Under the pieces are notes generated by a model. The model was not told the DNA's origin, searched no databases, and saw only the letters and a program-made list of their open reading frames with translations. The position numbers and the translations under genes are program-made. DNA of 64,000 nt from a virus, in the IMG/VR virus record IMGVR_UViG_3300037307_000719, positions 1 to 64,000 of that record; one strand, given 5' to 3'. Positions 29,632 to 39,222 of this stretch are shown in pieces. Numbering within the stretch: position 1 is the stretch's first letter; every line of letters begins with the position of its first letter.

Positions 29632-30606
29632 ATGTACAACAATTCGACAGCGGTTTATCGTCCGGACATCCAGGCGTTCCTCATGCAGGCGCAGGGTGCG
29701 GAGAAGTATTTCATTGCGGACAAGGTATTCCCTGTCCTCAACGTCGGCAAGCGTTCCGGGCAATACCCTCGCATCAAGATCGGCGAGGGCAGCCTGATGC
29801 GCAAGGACATCACCAAGCGCAACGCGACGGGCACCTACAACGAGGTTTCCCGCAAGCATAGCTGGGATGACTACAAGCTGGTGGACCGGGGACTCAAGGA
29901 GCGCATCGACGACGACAAGGCGGCGGAGATGGAGGACTTCTTCGACCTCGAAGTGACCACGGCGGACCTGGTGCGGCGGATGATGATGATCGACCGCGAG
30001 GTGAATGCGGCGGAGACATTGATCGATACCAATGTGTTCGCGGCAGAGAACGCCAAGGTGAACTACACCGAGGCTCTGATCGCCACCAACGACTTCCCGT
30101 ATGACATGAATCTCGCCATCGAGAAGCTGTTGCTGCGGGGCTGCGAGGTGAACGCCATCGTGATGACCCACAAGGTCTGGAACTACGTGCGCCGGACGAA
30201 GCTGCTGCAAGACTACATCTTCGGCTCGCAGGACACGACCAAGCGCAAGCTCATCAAGCGCAGCGACGTGGGCAGCGCATTTTCCGAGGAAAACAACCGC
30301 GAGATCGAGATCATCGTCGGCAGTGCGGGATACGACAGCTCGAACCGGGCGAAGGACACTCCATCGCTCAGCCACATCTGGCCGACCAGCCACATCTGGG
30401 TGGGCTGTCTGAAGGGCGGCGACTTCAAGGCGGGCGGCGTGGGCCGGACGCTGAGCTGGACACAGTCCGTGAAGAGCGGCCTGTTCGAGACCGAGACCTG
30501 GCGCGACGAGGACCGCCGCGGAGACATGGTGCGCGTGCGCAGCTACTCCAACGAGAAGGTCATCGACGAGACGGCCGGACAGCTTGTGACGACCAACTTT
30601 GCCTGA
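29632..30606 (+). CDS. Major capsid protein (HK97 fold; gpE / Mu gpT-like)
   Basis: 324 aa. Called from position and pattern (FPVLNV..YPRI...). A strong terminator follows. Confidence 0.88.
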   Translation: MYNNSTAVYRPDIQAFLMQAQGAEKYFIADKVFPVLNVGKRSGQYPRIKIGEGSLMRKDITKRNATGTYNEVSRKHSWDDYKLVDRGLKERIDDDKAAEMEDFFDLEVTTADLVRRMMMIDREVNAAETLIDTNVFAAENAKVNYTEALIATNDFPYDMNLAIEKLLLRGCEVNAIVMTHKVWNYVRRTKLLQDYIFGSQDTTKRKLIKRSDVGSAFSEENNREIEIIVGSAGYDSSNRAKDTPSLSHIWPTSHIWVGCLKGGDFKAGGVGRTLSWTQSVKSGLFETETWRDEDRRGDMVRVRSYSNEKVIDETAGQLVTTNFA

Positions 30607-30642
30607 TGAGGCAAAAGCAGAGGTAGCAGAGTAGAGGGCAAT

Positions 30643-30678
30643 GCGCCACCGGGAGGGACACCGGTGGCGCATTTTTTT
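30643..30678 (+). terminator. Rho-independent terminator after the major capsid gene
   Basis: 10-bp perfect stem GCGCCACCGG / CCGGTGGCGC followed by ATTTTTTT. Confidence 0.85.
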
Positions 30679-30687
30679 GCCGGATGA

Positions 30688-30692
30688 TTGAC
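30688..30692 (+). promoter_or_regulatory. TTGAC box, 21 nt before ATG 30709
   Basis: TTGAC-A-CCCTTGCGCAAGGG-C-ATG. Confidence 0.55.
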
Positions 30693-30693
30693 A

Positions 30694-30707
30694 CCCTTGC
30701 GCAAGGG
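30694..30707. repeat. Palindrome CCCTTGCGCAAGGG (14/14)
   Basis: Lies between the TTGAC box and ATG 30709. Confidence 0.95.
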
Positions 30708-30708
30708 C

Positions 30709-31050
30709 ATGGGCAGCGCGTTTTGGGAAAACTTCGATGCGGCCAACCAGGTTGCCGTGGACGTGATGGGCGAGGAAGTCCTGCTGGACGGACATTCGGT
30801 AACGGGAGTGGTGGACCCGCAAAGCTACCAGGAAGGAGCGGCGGTGGGAGGACGCAAGGGCATCCTGCGCTGCGGCATTCTGGTGACGCGGGAGGTGATG
30901 GATGCGGTGCCGCCACGGGACGGCATGGTGGTGGAGCTGCGAGGGCTGATCGGGCGGGTGGAAAGCTGGGAGCCGCTCGGGCCGATGGCCGGGGTGCTGC
31001 TCAATGTGGGGCCATACAACCGCTGGAGCGGCGAGGTTCCCGGGGTGTGA
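30709..31050 (+). CDS. Head-tail connector / head completion protein (putative)
   Basis: 113 aa from ATG 30709. The leader is TTGAC box, then palindrome, then ATG. Confidence 0.65.
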   Translation: MGSAFWENFDAANQVAVDVMGEEVLLDGHSVTGVVDPQSYQEGAAVGGRKGILRCGILVTREVMDAVPPRDGMVVELRGLIGRVESWEPLGPMAGVLLNVGPYNRWSGEVPGV

Positions 31051-31051
31051 A

Positions 31052-31065
31052 CCCTTGCACAAGGG
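31052..31065. repeat. Palindrome variant CCCTTGCACAAGGG
   Basis: Lies 1 nt after the stop at 31050. Confidence 0.9.
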
Positions 31066-31069
31066 CGTG

Positions 31070-31074
31070 TTGAC
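31070..31074 (+). promoter_or_regulatory. TTGAC box, 19 nt before ATG 31089
   Basis: TTGACACAGCCCGGGAGGCATG. Confidence 0.6.
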
Positions 31075-31088
31075 ACAGCCCGGGAGGC

Positions 31089-33326
31089 ATGGATGTTTTT
31101 CTGAATCGCGGAACGGGTTTGCTGGTGCGCGGGGTGGGTCTCAGTGCGGTGGTTTCATCCATGACCGTCAAGGCGCGGGACACGCTGGTCCTGGATGTGT
31201 GGGTGTTTCGCGGCAGCGAGCTGGAGGATCTTTCCGCCGGGAGCAGTCTGGCGTTTCTGGTGAAAACCGGAGTGAAGAGCACGGACGCGACGCTGGCCGT
31301 CGCGGAAGGATGGGAGCAGGTGGAGGACGAGACAGGGCACTACCGCGCGGCGCTGAACCTGAATACCGTGCCATTGGTGGCCGCCGTCGCGGATCTGGAC
31401 GAGATTTCCGCCGTGGGCGAGCTTTCGTGGAGTGCGGACGGGGTGGCCTGGCAAAGCAGCAACACGGTGCGGGTGACGATCGCCAACGACGTGTTCAAGG
31501 GATCGGAGGGAACGCCGGACGAGCTGCCGACTCCGGATGACAACTGGGTTGCCCATGGCCATCCGCAGACGCTCACGGCGGAGCAGAAGCTCACCGCCCG
31601 CGAGAACATCGGGGTGGAGCCGATCATCCGCACGGCGGCGGAGGGGAGTCCGGATAACAGCGTGACACCTACCGCAATCGGGCAGAAATGCTTTGTGGGT
31701 GATACTCCTCCGTATGACGAGGTGTGGGTGGCGGAGAGTATCAGTCCGCCTGTATGGGTGCAGGATGTTGCGTCTGGCGGCCCAGCCGAGACCACGTCTT
31801 CTATCCTCTTAAAACTTCAAGGAGCCGCGCTTAATCCAGACAAGATTGGGGCTGAGTTTCTCACTCAGGGTGTAACTAATATTATTTCGATTGAAGAAAG
31901 TCGTGCGCTTGAGGCCGCTGATTTCAATAAACTTGTTTATTGTGAAACGGCAGGTCTTGTTCTTACATGCCCTCCCCTTGCGTCAAACGGAACAATCCTG
32001 CTTGCCCCGATCCAGACAGTTGTGTTGGATGGAACAGTCAATCTCTATGATGTGGCTGGTTCGTCAGTGTCCTCAGTAAGTCCAGAGGACGGGGTTGTGG
32101 CCTTGGAATACTCTACCGTTGCCGGATGGAAAATACGCAGACTGCACACACCAGCGGAGACCACAGCTTCAACTCTCCGACTCCTTATTGGCGAGGCCGC
32201 TGTCGAAAACAGAATCGGGTCTGAGTATCTACCGGATGCGCTTGTTCTTGCAGACGGCATCCCGAGTTCCGTTATCACCAGACCACAGTCCATAGGGTAT
32301 GATCTTGCCGGAGGGGTGATTGAACACGATGGCACCATGCAATTTGTCGTTGAGAGCCGTTTTGGGATATTTGTTTTTGAGGTTCTGGTGGTGACTGGCA
32401 ATGACTGGGAAGTCTGGGCCGAAGATCTGGTCACAGCCGCCATGGCGGACGGGCAATTCACCCAAAACCTTGAGATGTCTCTTGTTGGGTCCGTGCTTAC
32501 CATCGGCGCGTTGAGTCCTGCTTTGTATGATCCGAGCATGAGGCTTACCGTGTCACTGCGCGATGGTGCGACCATGGGGTATCCCGGTATTGATGTCATC
32601 CTCACCAACTATGGAGAAGTATTGCCGCTTTTGGGAGAGCCGGTTGGGAGACTTTGCTATGTCCAAGACCCGGGAGTCTGGTATCGGTGGGACGGCACGG
32701 AATGGGTGCCTGATTCTTCAGCAATTATCATCCGCACTGCTGCGGAAGGGAACCCTGACAGCCCGAACATTCCCGACCAGTATGTGCTGACCGGGACCAT
32801 GCTGGACGCAAGCAACAACCCCATTCCGGTTCCGGTGACGCTGGACCGGGTTGCGGATGCCCAAGGACATCCAAGCTGGGAAGGTGGAGGCTGGCGGATC
32901 ATGTGGGCAAACAACGACTGGCTTATCTTTTTGATTGATGGCGGCTACTCGGCCATCACATCGGCGCTAAGTGGGGAACTTCCCCATGATCCGCCAACAT
33001 TTGGGTGGATCTTTGACGAAGGTTCCGGTGATCCCGTGTTGACGCCGCAGCCGATCACTCCACTGGCCATCGGTCAGAAATGCTTTGTTGGTGATGCCGC
33101 GCCGTATGACTCGTCATGGACCGCACAGAGCTTGAGCCCGGTTGTGTGGGTGCAGGACTCGGTTGGTCCTGCCGGGCCGGAGGGTCCGGCGTTGAGTCTC
33201 GGTAGCGCCCTGACCCTTTTCGGGCTGACCTCCTACGCCGATTTGACCGCCGCCAACGCGGCCCTTCCGATTGGTCGCATCTACTACGATCAGACACTCA
33301 ACACCCTTAACGTAACCACCGCATGA
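31089..33326 (+). CDS. Fibre / receptor-binding protein with a duplicated domain and a low-GC central insert
   Basis: 745 aa. The segment AIGQKCFVGD..PYD..W....S.SP.VWVQD occurs twice. The central roughly 0.9 kb has atypical composition. Confidence 0.85.
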   Translation: MDVFLNRGTGLLVRGVGLSAVVSSMTVKARDTLVLDVWVFRGSELEDLSAGSSLAFLVKTGVKSTDATLAVAEGWEQVEDETGHYRAALNLNTVPLVAAVADLDEISAVGELSWSADGVAWQSSNTVRVTIANDVFKGSEGTPDELPTPDDNWVAHGHPQTLTAEQKLTARENIGVEPIIRTAAEGSPDNSVTPTAIGQKCFVGDTPPYDEVWVAESISPPVWVQDVASGGPAETTSSILLKLQGAALNPDKIGAEFLTQGVTNIISIEESRALEAADFNKLVYCETAGLVLTCPPLASNGTILLAPIQTVVLDGTVNLYDVAGSSVSSVSPEDGVVALEYSTVAGWKIRRLHTPAETTASTLRLLIGEAAVENRIGSEYLPDALVLADGIPSSVITRPQSIGYDLAGGVIEHDGTMQFVVESRFGIFVFEVLVVTGNDWEVWAEDLVTAAMADGQFTQNLEMSLVGSVLTIGALSPALYDPSMRLTVSLRDGATMGYPGIDVILTNYGEVLPLLGEPVGRLCYVQDPGVWYRWDGTEWVPDSSAIIIRTAAEGNPDSPNIPDQYVLTGTMLDASNNPIPVPVTLDRVADAQGHPSWEGGGWRIMWANNDWLIFLIDGGYSAITSALSGELPHDPPTFGWIFDEGSGDPVLTPQPITPLAIGQKCFVGDAAPYDSSWTAQSLSPVVWVQDSVGPAGPEGPALSLGSALTLFGLTSYADLTAANAALPIGRIYYDQTLNTLNVTTA

Positions 33327-34192
33327 AACCACGAATTTTCATTTTTCTGATACTGGCCAACTCCTTGTTGGCGCAGCCGTCGCTGGTCAATTCCGATCAG
33401 TTGTCGTTGTTGCAAACCAAGACGATCACGGATACCGGGAGCTACTTCAGCACTGACACCGTGGAAGGTGCCTTGGCGCAGCTCGGAGCTGCCGGAGGCG
33501 GAGGGGCCACAAACCTGACCTACACTTCGTCAACAAGACTACTTGAATCATCGAGTGGCACCGACGTTACTCTACCTCTGGTGACTTCCACCACTGCCGG
33601 GCTTGCCCCTTTGTCCGGTGGCGGCACTTCCACTTTTCTTAGAGCGGACGGAACATGGGCCGTTCCTCCCGGCGGAACTGGAGGCATCGACCTTGCGGGC
33701 GATTTTGTCTGGACGGGCGATCACGACTACACCGGAGCGACGGTAAGTCTCGGGTCTCTCACCATCGGAACGCTGTCCGCCACCACGGCAACGGCAACAA
33801 CTCCGGCAGCCGCCGATTCCGATACCAGTGTGGCGACTACGGCCTTTGTGACGGAAGGCAAGGTCCAGAAGATTTACACGGAGAAACTCGCTGTGAGCCA
33901 CACACTCACCGCATCCGAGTGCTACGGAGGAGTCTATTATGTCACCGCTGCGAGTGTGGTTCTCACACTGCCTCCCGTTGCGGACGGCATGTCCATCACC
34001 GTTATCTCCACCGGAATAAATACCGTGACCGTTGATCCCGACGCGGGCGATCTGATCGTGAGGGACGGGACGGCCCAAGCGGACGGCATTGCCATCACGT
34101 CCACTGGTGAGGCCGGAGACATCGCCGTCCTGACCTATTACGACTCAACCGGATGGTATGCCGCCACAAATTCTTGGACGCAACAGCCATGA
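33323..34192 (+). CDS. Tail fibre protein
   Basis: 289 aa. Contains the fibre-type motifs FLRADGTWAVPPGG and SDTSVATTAFV. ATGA overlap with the upstream gene. Confidence 0.85.
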   Translation: MKPRIFIFLILANSLLAQPSLVNSDQLSLLQTKTITDTGSYFSTDTVEGALAQLGAAGGGGATNLTYTSSTRLLESSSGTDVTLPLVTSTTAGLAPLSGGGTSTFLRADGTWAVPPGGTGGIDLAGDFVWTGDHDYTGATVSLGSLTIGTLSATTATATTPAAADSDTSVATTAFVTEGKVQKIYTEKLAVSHTLTASECYGGVYYVTAASVVLTLPPVADGMSITVISTGINTVTVDPDAGDLIVRDGTAQADGIAITSTGEAGDIAVLTYYDSTGWYAATNSWTQQP

Positions 34193-34920
34193 AAATCCTA
34201 TCAATCATCCTCTTTATGCTGACGGCGGGGCTTGCCGCCCCTCCTCATCTTGCCGTCATCGCCAAGAAAAAGGCGGATGTAGGCGTTACCCCAGTATCAC
34301 CCGGCACAACGTCCATGGTGGCGGCGTTCGACATGAACGACACTACGCCGGGTGACGGATATGTTGACTCCCACTCCACCTATGACATGTCGGGCGGGGC
34401 GGGCTTTCAGACCGCCGTACCACCGGAATACGGTATTGCACAAGAAGGCGTCGGGCGTTACTCCAACGGAGACTTGGACGACGCCCTCTTGATTCCGGTG
34501 AGTGATATTGGTTTCGCAATACGCTTCCAGTATTACGGCGCGTCCGCCATCAATGATGACATTTTCAGTTCTGGCGGGGATTTTCAGGCTGAGTGGAGGT
34601 CGAACGGCATCTATGTCGAATGGTACAACATACCGATCACGGTCCCTCAAGTGCCGGTCAAAGGGGTGTGGTATGTTCTCGTCGGCAGCTACAACAACGC
34701 GACGAACACCATGACGTGCTGGATAAACGGAGGGAAGGAAACGTCAGGGACCGGGACCGAGGCCACATCAAAGGGCAGCACGGTTCTTGGAGGTGATAGA
34801 TACGGTGCGGCTTCTGATATTTACATCGACTACGCTTATTTTTGGAGAAAACAACTGACCATAGAAAATGCAACATTCCTTTACAACTCTGGCAATACTC
34901 TTAATTACAGCGATCTGTAA
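34189..34920 (+). CDS. LamG/concanavalin-like lectin-fold protein with an N-terminal signal-like helix
   Basis: Starts MKILSIILFMLTAGLA. The C-terminal pattern WYVLVGSYNN..WINGG..LGGDRY is typical of LamG jelly-rolls. ATGA overlap. Confidence 0.75.
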   Translation: MKILSIILFMLTAGLAAPPHLAVIAKKKADVGVTPVSPGTTSMVAAFDMNDTTPGDGYVDSHSTYDMSGGAGFQTAVPPEYGIAQEGVGRYSNGDLDDALLIPVSDIGFAIRFQYYGASAINDDIFSSGGDFQAEWRSNGIYVEWYNIPITVPQVPVKGVWYVLVGSYNNATNTMTCWINGGKETSGTGTEATSKGSTVLGGDRYGAASDIYIDYAYFWRKQLTIENATFLYNSGNTLNYSDL

Positions 34921-37156
34921 CGCGGACACTATTTCGTGGACGGCACCGGAAGCCACACCAGCGGGCAGTGCTCCGGCGATCACTGGATACGAGGTATGGA
35001 AGCGGCAAGGCCGCGAGTGGCAGCTCGACCAAAGTGTTTCATCCGCGACAACCACGGCAACCGTGTCCCCCGGAGTCGGGAATCTGGAAGGCGAATTTGC
35101 CGTGCGGGCCTTGTGGTCTGGCGGAAGGACCGCTCTCAGTGATCCTGTTTTTACGAATGACTGGTTGCAAAACCTTCCAACACCGGATGGTTCCAACACC
35201 GTGAACAACACCATGAGTCGTGCCGCGATCCAAGCGGTGCTCAACGCCGCTCAACCGGGCGATGTTATCTACTTCGACGGAGGGGAGTATTTGCATACCA
35301 CCGACGACAGTATGCTTCAACTCGGAGGCTCCACCGGCGCGGTGGACGGGCAGCCCGGAAAACACATCACGATCATGCCTATCCCCGGTGAGACGGCAAC
35401 ATTCCGTGGAAACCCATCTCTAACAAACGACCATCGCTGTTTTAGTTTTACTGGAGACTACTGGAGAATCTACGGCATGACGATTACGGAGATGGGGGAA
35501 GAAGCCATCCGCGGATACAGCAAAGGAGGAAGGATCGAGGAAAACACCATTTACAACGGCTGGCGGACAGGGATCACGATGGGTGGAGGTCCGACAATGA
35601 CTGTCTGTGAAGACATGGAAGCTCGTTACAACAAGTGCAGTTATCATCAGATACAAAACGGGCTGAGTTGGGGCAATGATTATGGAGCAACTACAAGGAA
35701 TTTCCGTTTCATCCGCAACGTAAGTTTCAAGAACGGATTCGATATTGCCACCAATCGCTTGAATGAGTTTGGCGGAGGGAACTCTGACGGCATTGCCGGG
35801 GCAAAGGGTTTCATGCTCGCAGTGACCGAAAATGAGAACGGTTTTGATGCGTGGGACTTCCCTGAAGGGACAGCCGTAACCGGAAGCGTGTTTCATCAAA
35901 ACATCAACTTTATGAACGCTGATGACGCGATGGACCTGCTGCCCGGACATGGAGCAAGTATTGTAGGAAACCTCGCTTGGGGCAACACGCCGTCAGGGCA
36001 GTCCGCCGTGAAGATTGTTTTGGACAGCTACGGGAAAGGCACCTACATCGGTAATACCTGCATCGGGACAACCAACTATCCCTACGATTCCGACACGCTC
36101 TATTTGGCGAGCATGGACCCGCCTATCGAAGTGGGGGATGTGGTTCTTGGAGCGTCCAGCGGAGCAACCGGAACTGTCACGGACGTTGTAACCTTTACAG
36201 GAGGGGCTGGATGTCCTCCGTGGGGCATCTACCTTTCCGGCGAGTCTGGATCATTTTTTGATAACGAGACAATCACTGTTGGTGGAGTTCCGCACGGAGT
36301 CGCGGAGGTGAATGGCCAGCTTGGACTCAACCTACGCCCTTACGGCATGACTCTTTGGTACGAAAACGGAAGCGGATCGTTCCCGGCTGGGCAGGTTGTT
36401 ACAGGCTCCGTCAGTGGAGCGACCGCAACGATAAACGGAGCTACCTTGAAAAAAGGTGATCCATTGCTTGGCACCGCCGAAGGGATCGTCCGAATCGGCG
36501 GAACGATGACGAATCAGTTCCGAGCGGAGGATAGTCTGATTGTTGGCGGGGTGACGGTTGCCGACATTCATGAGGAAAACGGCAGGATCGGTTTTGAGCC
36601 CGGCGAGAATTTCGTCGCAAACAGCACGATGTATGGAGCTGCCGCCATCTCCAACACGTATGACCCGTTCACGCACGGAGCATCCGGGGCCACCAGAGGC
36701 AATATCGTCCAAGGGGAGAATATCAACTACACTTACGGGCAGACATCTTCGGATAATTTCTTAGGGGAAGACGAGGCTGGAAGCCCTGATTTGCACAACC
36801 CTGCATACGATCCACGACTGCCGGTTCTGACTGGTACAACCGTTCAGGAGCAATGGCGCAATCTTTACCGCGAGCACATGGAGCAGATCATGCCGACGCC
36901 GGGTGGCAACATGCACGATGCGATGGTGTTTGAGCCGATGTTCCACCACGCCACCCCCGCCGATCATCCAACCAAACCGAGCGATCCAGCCGATCTGACC
37001 AAGCTGCATTGGTATGGGTCCGCGCCGGATATTGGAGCCAGCCAGTTCACCGAGTATTGGCCTCCGGTTGTCACGGTTACGGATGGTGGGAACGGACTCG
37101 CAGCCGGAACAGCCACAGCAGCCACAGCAACCGCAACCAATCTAAGCACGCCATGA
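34868..37156 (+). CDS. Tailspike-like polysaccharide depolymerase (right-handed beta-helix) with an N-terminal FN3-like domain
   Basis: 762 aa. Repeated N/G-rich beta-helix rungs are visible (NTIYNGW, NKCSYHQ, IRNVSFKNG, HQNINFMN). The N-terminus has ITGYEVWKR. Confidence 0.85.
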   Translation: MQHSFTTLAILLITAICNADTISWTAPEATPAGSAPAITGYEVWKRQGREWQLDQSVSSATTTATVSPGVGNLEGEFAVRALWSGGRTALSDPVFTNDWLQNLPTPDGSNTVNNTMSRAAIQAVLNAAQPGDVIYFDGGEYLHTTDDSMLQLGGSTGAVDGQPGKHITIMPIPGETATFRGNPSLTNDHRCFSFTGDYWRIYGMTITEMGEEAIRGYSKGGRIEENTIYNGWRTGITMGGGPTMTVCEDMEARYNKCSYHQIQNGLSWGNDYGATTRNFRFIRNVSFKNGFDIATNRLNEFGGGNSDGIAGAKGFMLAVTENENGFDAWDFPEGTAVTGSVFHQNINFMNADDAMDLLPGHGASIVGNLAWGNTPSGQSAVKIVLDSYGKGTYIGNTCIGTTNYPYDSDTLYLASMDPPIEVGDVVLGASSGATGTVTDVVTFTGGAGCPPWGIYLSGESGSFFDNETITVGGVPHGVAEVNGQLGLNLRPYGMTLWYENGSGSFPAGQVVTGSVSGATATINGATLKKGDPLLGTAEGIVRIGGTMTNQFRAEDSLIVGGVTVADIHEENGRIGFEPGENFVANSTMYGAAAISNTYDPFTHGASGATRGNIVQGENINYTYGQTSSDNFLGEDEAGSPDLHNPAYDPRLPVLTGTTVQEQWRNLYREHMEQIMPTPGGNMHDAMVFEPMFHHATPADHPTKPSDPADLTKLHWYGSAPDIGASQFTEYWPPVVTVTDGGNGLAAGTATAATATATNLSTP

Positions 37157-37539
37157 GCGACCAAGAGAGAATCGACCGAATTGAACAGCGGCAGGACGAT
37201 CAGGAGAGACGCATTGCCGCGAAGCTCGACCAGATATTCAAGTCGTTGGAAGAGATGCGCCTTGAGCGGGTCAAGAACATGGCCACCACGGAGCGTGATC
37301 TTGAGCGGGCCGTGAACGTCAATACCGCGACTTTGCTGCGGGTGGAGCGGCTGGAGCTGAAGATGATCGACCTGGAGCGGAAGCATGACGACCACGAGCG
37401 GGAATCCGCGAAGAAGTTCGCCTGCATCGACCAGCAGAAGTCATGGTTCATCGGCGCGTTCAGTGTGGTTGGATTCGTTTCTTCGATCCTCGGTGCCCTA
37501 AGCATCATGCTCATCAAATACTGGCTGGAAAAGTCATGA
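37153..37539 (+). CDS. Coiled-coil protein with a C-terminal transmembrane anchor (holin/spanin-like)
   Basis: 128 aa. The C-terminus is WFIGAFSVVGFVSSILGALSIMLI. ATGA overlaps on both sides. Confidence 0.7.
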   Translation: MSDQERIDRIEQRQDDQERRIAAKLDQIFKSLEEMRLERVKNMATTERDLERAVNVNTATLLRVERLELKMIDLERKHDDHERESAKKFACIDQQKSWFIGAFSVVGFVSSILGALSIMLIKYWLEKS

Positions 37540-38120
37540 AACCACCACTTGAAAAAGCCATTATCCCGTTCATGGGATTCACCGAAAAGGAGGGTGAGCT
37601 ATCCGGCACCGAAGATGCGTTTCGTTTGGTCCTGCGCAAGTTCGCCTCACCTTCCGTGACAGTCTATCACCCTCGTTCGTGGGCCGCCGACGTGCGAAAG
37701 ATCGCAGCGCAGCTCGTGCGTTTTGGCGTGAAGGAAATTGTCATCATCTCCTACTCGCATGGCTCCGCCGCAGCCGTTGCACTCGCCAAGGAATGTGCGA
37801 AGAACAAAATTTCCGTTAGTAAGTGGCTGTCTTGCGATGCTGTCGCCCGGCCAAGGCTGCCACGCCACAATCTTTTCCAAATCTTCACCCTGCCGCGAGT
37901 TCTGGCGGCCAACGCCCATATCAAGGTTCCGGCCAACGTGATGGAGGTGGACGGCGTTCGCCAACGCACCCAATGGCCCTACGGCTGCGACTTAAAAGCC
38001 ACTGGTTACACCCGGCACAAGTGCCTTAAATACCTCATGGCCGGGCACACTCAAATCGACTCTCACCCTGACTGGTGGGCGCTGGTCGAAAAGCACCTAA
38101 CCGAGTGGACCACACCATGA
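37536..38120 (+). CDS. Alpha/beta-hydrolase (esterase/lipase-like) in the lysis cassette
   Basis: 194 aa with the nucleophile elbow IISYSHGSAAA (S-x-S-x-G). It sits between the TM protein and the endolysin. Confidence 0.75.
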   Translation: MKPPLEKAIIPFMGFTEKEGELSGTEDAFRLVLRKFASPSVTVYHPRSWAADVRKIAAQLVRFGVKEIVIISYSHGSAAAVALAKECAKNKISVSKWLSCDAVARPRLPRHNLFQIFTLPRVLAANAHIKVPANVMEVDGVRQRTQWPYGCDLKATGYTRHKCLKYLMAGHTQIDSHPDWWALVEKHLTEWTTP

Positions 38121-38986
38121 AAACCATCATCCATCTCGACGGCGACGCCTATGCCTTGGATGCCCGCAAGCCGATCCACAAAGGCATGCACCACCCAGAC
38201 GTTGAAATCCTGAAACGCATCCTGCGGCGGAACGGATTCTGGGCCGGGAGCAACTCGACGTTTTTCGGAGCGGAGACCGAAAACGCTGTGAAGTATTTCC
38301 AGAGCACCCACATCGACAAGGACGGGAAGTTTTTGCTCACTGATGGCGTGGTCGGTCCGAAGACATGGTGGGCACTCTACAACGCCTCCGGGCCGGAACA
38401 GCAAAACAACATCCCGACGCCAAAGACCGAGTTCGAGGAGCGGTATGGCATGCTCTCGATAACGAGGCAGGTGTTTCTGGATGCCGCTCTCAAGGAACAT
38501 TACGAGCGGACCCACGAGATACCGGACGGCAGCAACAAAGGCGATGGCGTCAACAAGCTGATTGCCGGGTTCGGTCCCGCGCCGTGGTGCATGCTTTTCG
38601 TCTCATGGCTTCACAAGCAGGCAACGGGCGAATGGCCGCTCGGCCACCAGCACGCGCATGTTCAGACGTTCTGGCGAGATGCCTCCAAGGCTGGCATGAC
38701 ACTGGCCAAGAGCGCGGTCCCGGCACCGGGCGACTGCATCGTGTGGGCGTTCCCCGGTGGCTCCGGCCACATCGCGGTTGTGGTGGCAACGAGTGCGAGC
38801 GGCAAGACGATCAACACCATCGGCGGGAATGAAGGCAATCGGGTCAAGCTGGGCGTCCGTTACCCGGAGCAAGAGCGGCATGTGGTTGGCTACGTGCGGC
38901 TTTTCGGCGATGCCCCGAGCGACTTCCCTTTCCGGCTGATTGATAAAACGGAGGCGGGCGGAATGACTTTGGCCGACAGCCGGTGA
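38117..38986 (+). CDS. Endolysin: peptidoglycan-binding domain + CHAP/NlpC-P60-like amidase
   Basis: PG-binding pattern: GFWAGSNSTFFGAETENAVKYFQ...DGVVGPKTWWAL. Catalytic-type Cys (PAPWCMLFVSW) and His (GSGHIAVVV) are present. Confidence 0.9.
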   Translation: MKTIIHLDGDAYALDARKPIHKGMHHPDVEILKRILRRNGFWAGSNSTFFGAETENAVKYFQSTHIDKDGKFLLTDGVVGPKTWWALYNASGPEQQNNIPTPKTEFEERYGMLSITRQVFLDAALKEHYERTHEIPDGSNKGDGVNKLIAGFGPAPWCMLFVSWLHKQATGEWPLGHQHAHVQTFWRDASKAGMTLAKSAVPAPGDCIVWAFPGGSGHIAVVVATSASGKTINTIGGNEGNRVKLGVRYPEQERHVVGYVRLFGDAPSDFPFRLIDKTEAGGMTLADSR

Positions 38987-38987
38987 C
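38983..38987 (+). promoter_or_regulatory. GTGAC box variant, 19 nt before ATG 39002
   Basis: GTGACATGGGCTGAAGGGTATG. The TGA within the box is the endolysin stop codon. Confidence 0.45.
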
Positions 38988-39001
38988 ATGGGCTGAAGGG
39001 T

Positions 39002-39208
39002 ATGTTCCGCATCGATGTGAAGATCAGGGAAGGGCAAAGCCGCTGGAGGTGGAGGATGTCAGGGCGGGTCTCCCGCTGGCTGAACCGTTTCGCCTGGCGC
39101 AAGCCGCCCTTGCGCAAGGGCGGTGAGGCGGTGGCGCGGCGGCGCGAGCCGAAGACGGAGGGGGAGAAAGCCTTGTGGGAGGCGATGGGCTGGAACGGGG
39201 AATCATAA
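39002..39208 (+). CDS. Small Arg/Trp-rich protein
   Basis: 68-aa ORF. A GTGAC box variant lies 19 nt upstream of the ATG, the same spacing as the TTGAC boxes. It contains a palindrome copy. Confidence 0.45.
   Translation: MFRIDVKIREGQSRWRWRMSGRVSRWLNRFAWRKPPLRKGGEAVARRREPKTEGEKALWEAMGWNGES
39107..39120. repeat. Palindrome CCCTTGCGCAAGGG (14/14)
   Basis: Inside small ORF 39002..39208. Confidence 0.95.
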
Positions 39209-39222
39209 CGGGCGGAACGATC

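Noticed and set aside
31622-33157. Diversity-generating retroelement (template/variable repeat pair) in the fibre gene.
   Set aside because: Differences between the two repeat copies are not restricted to adenine positions. No reverse-transcriptase motif (YxDD) was seen in any ORF of the window.
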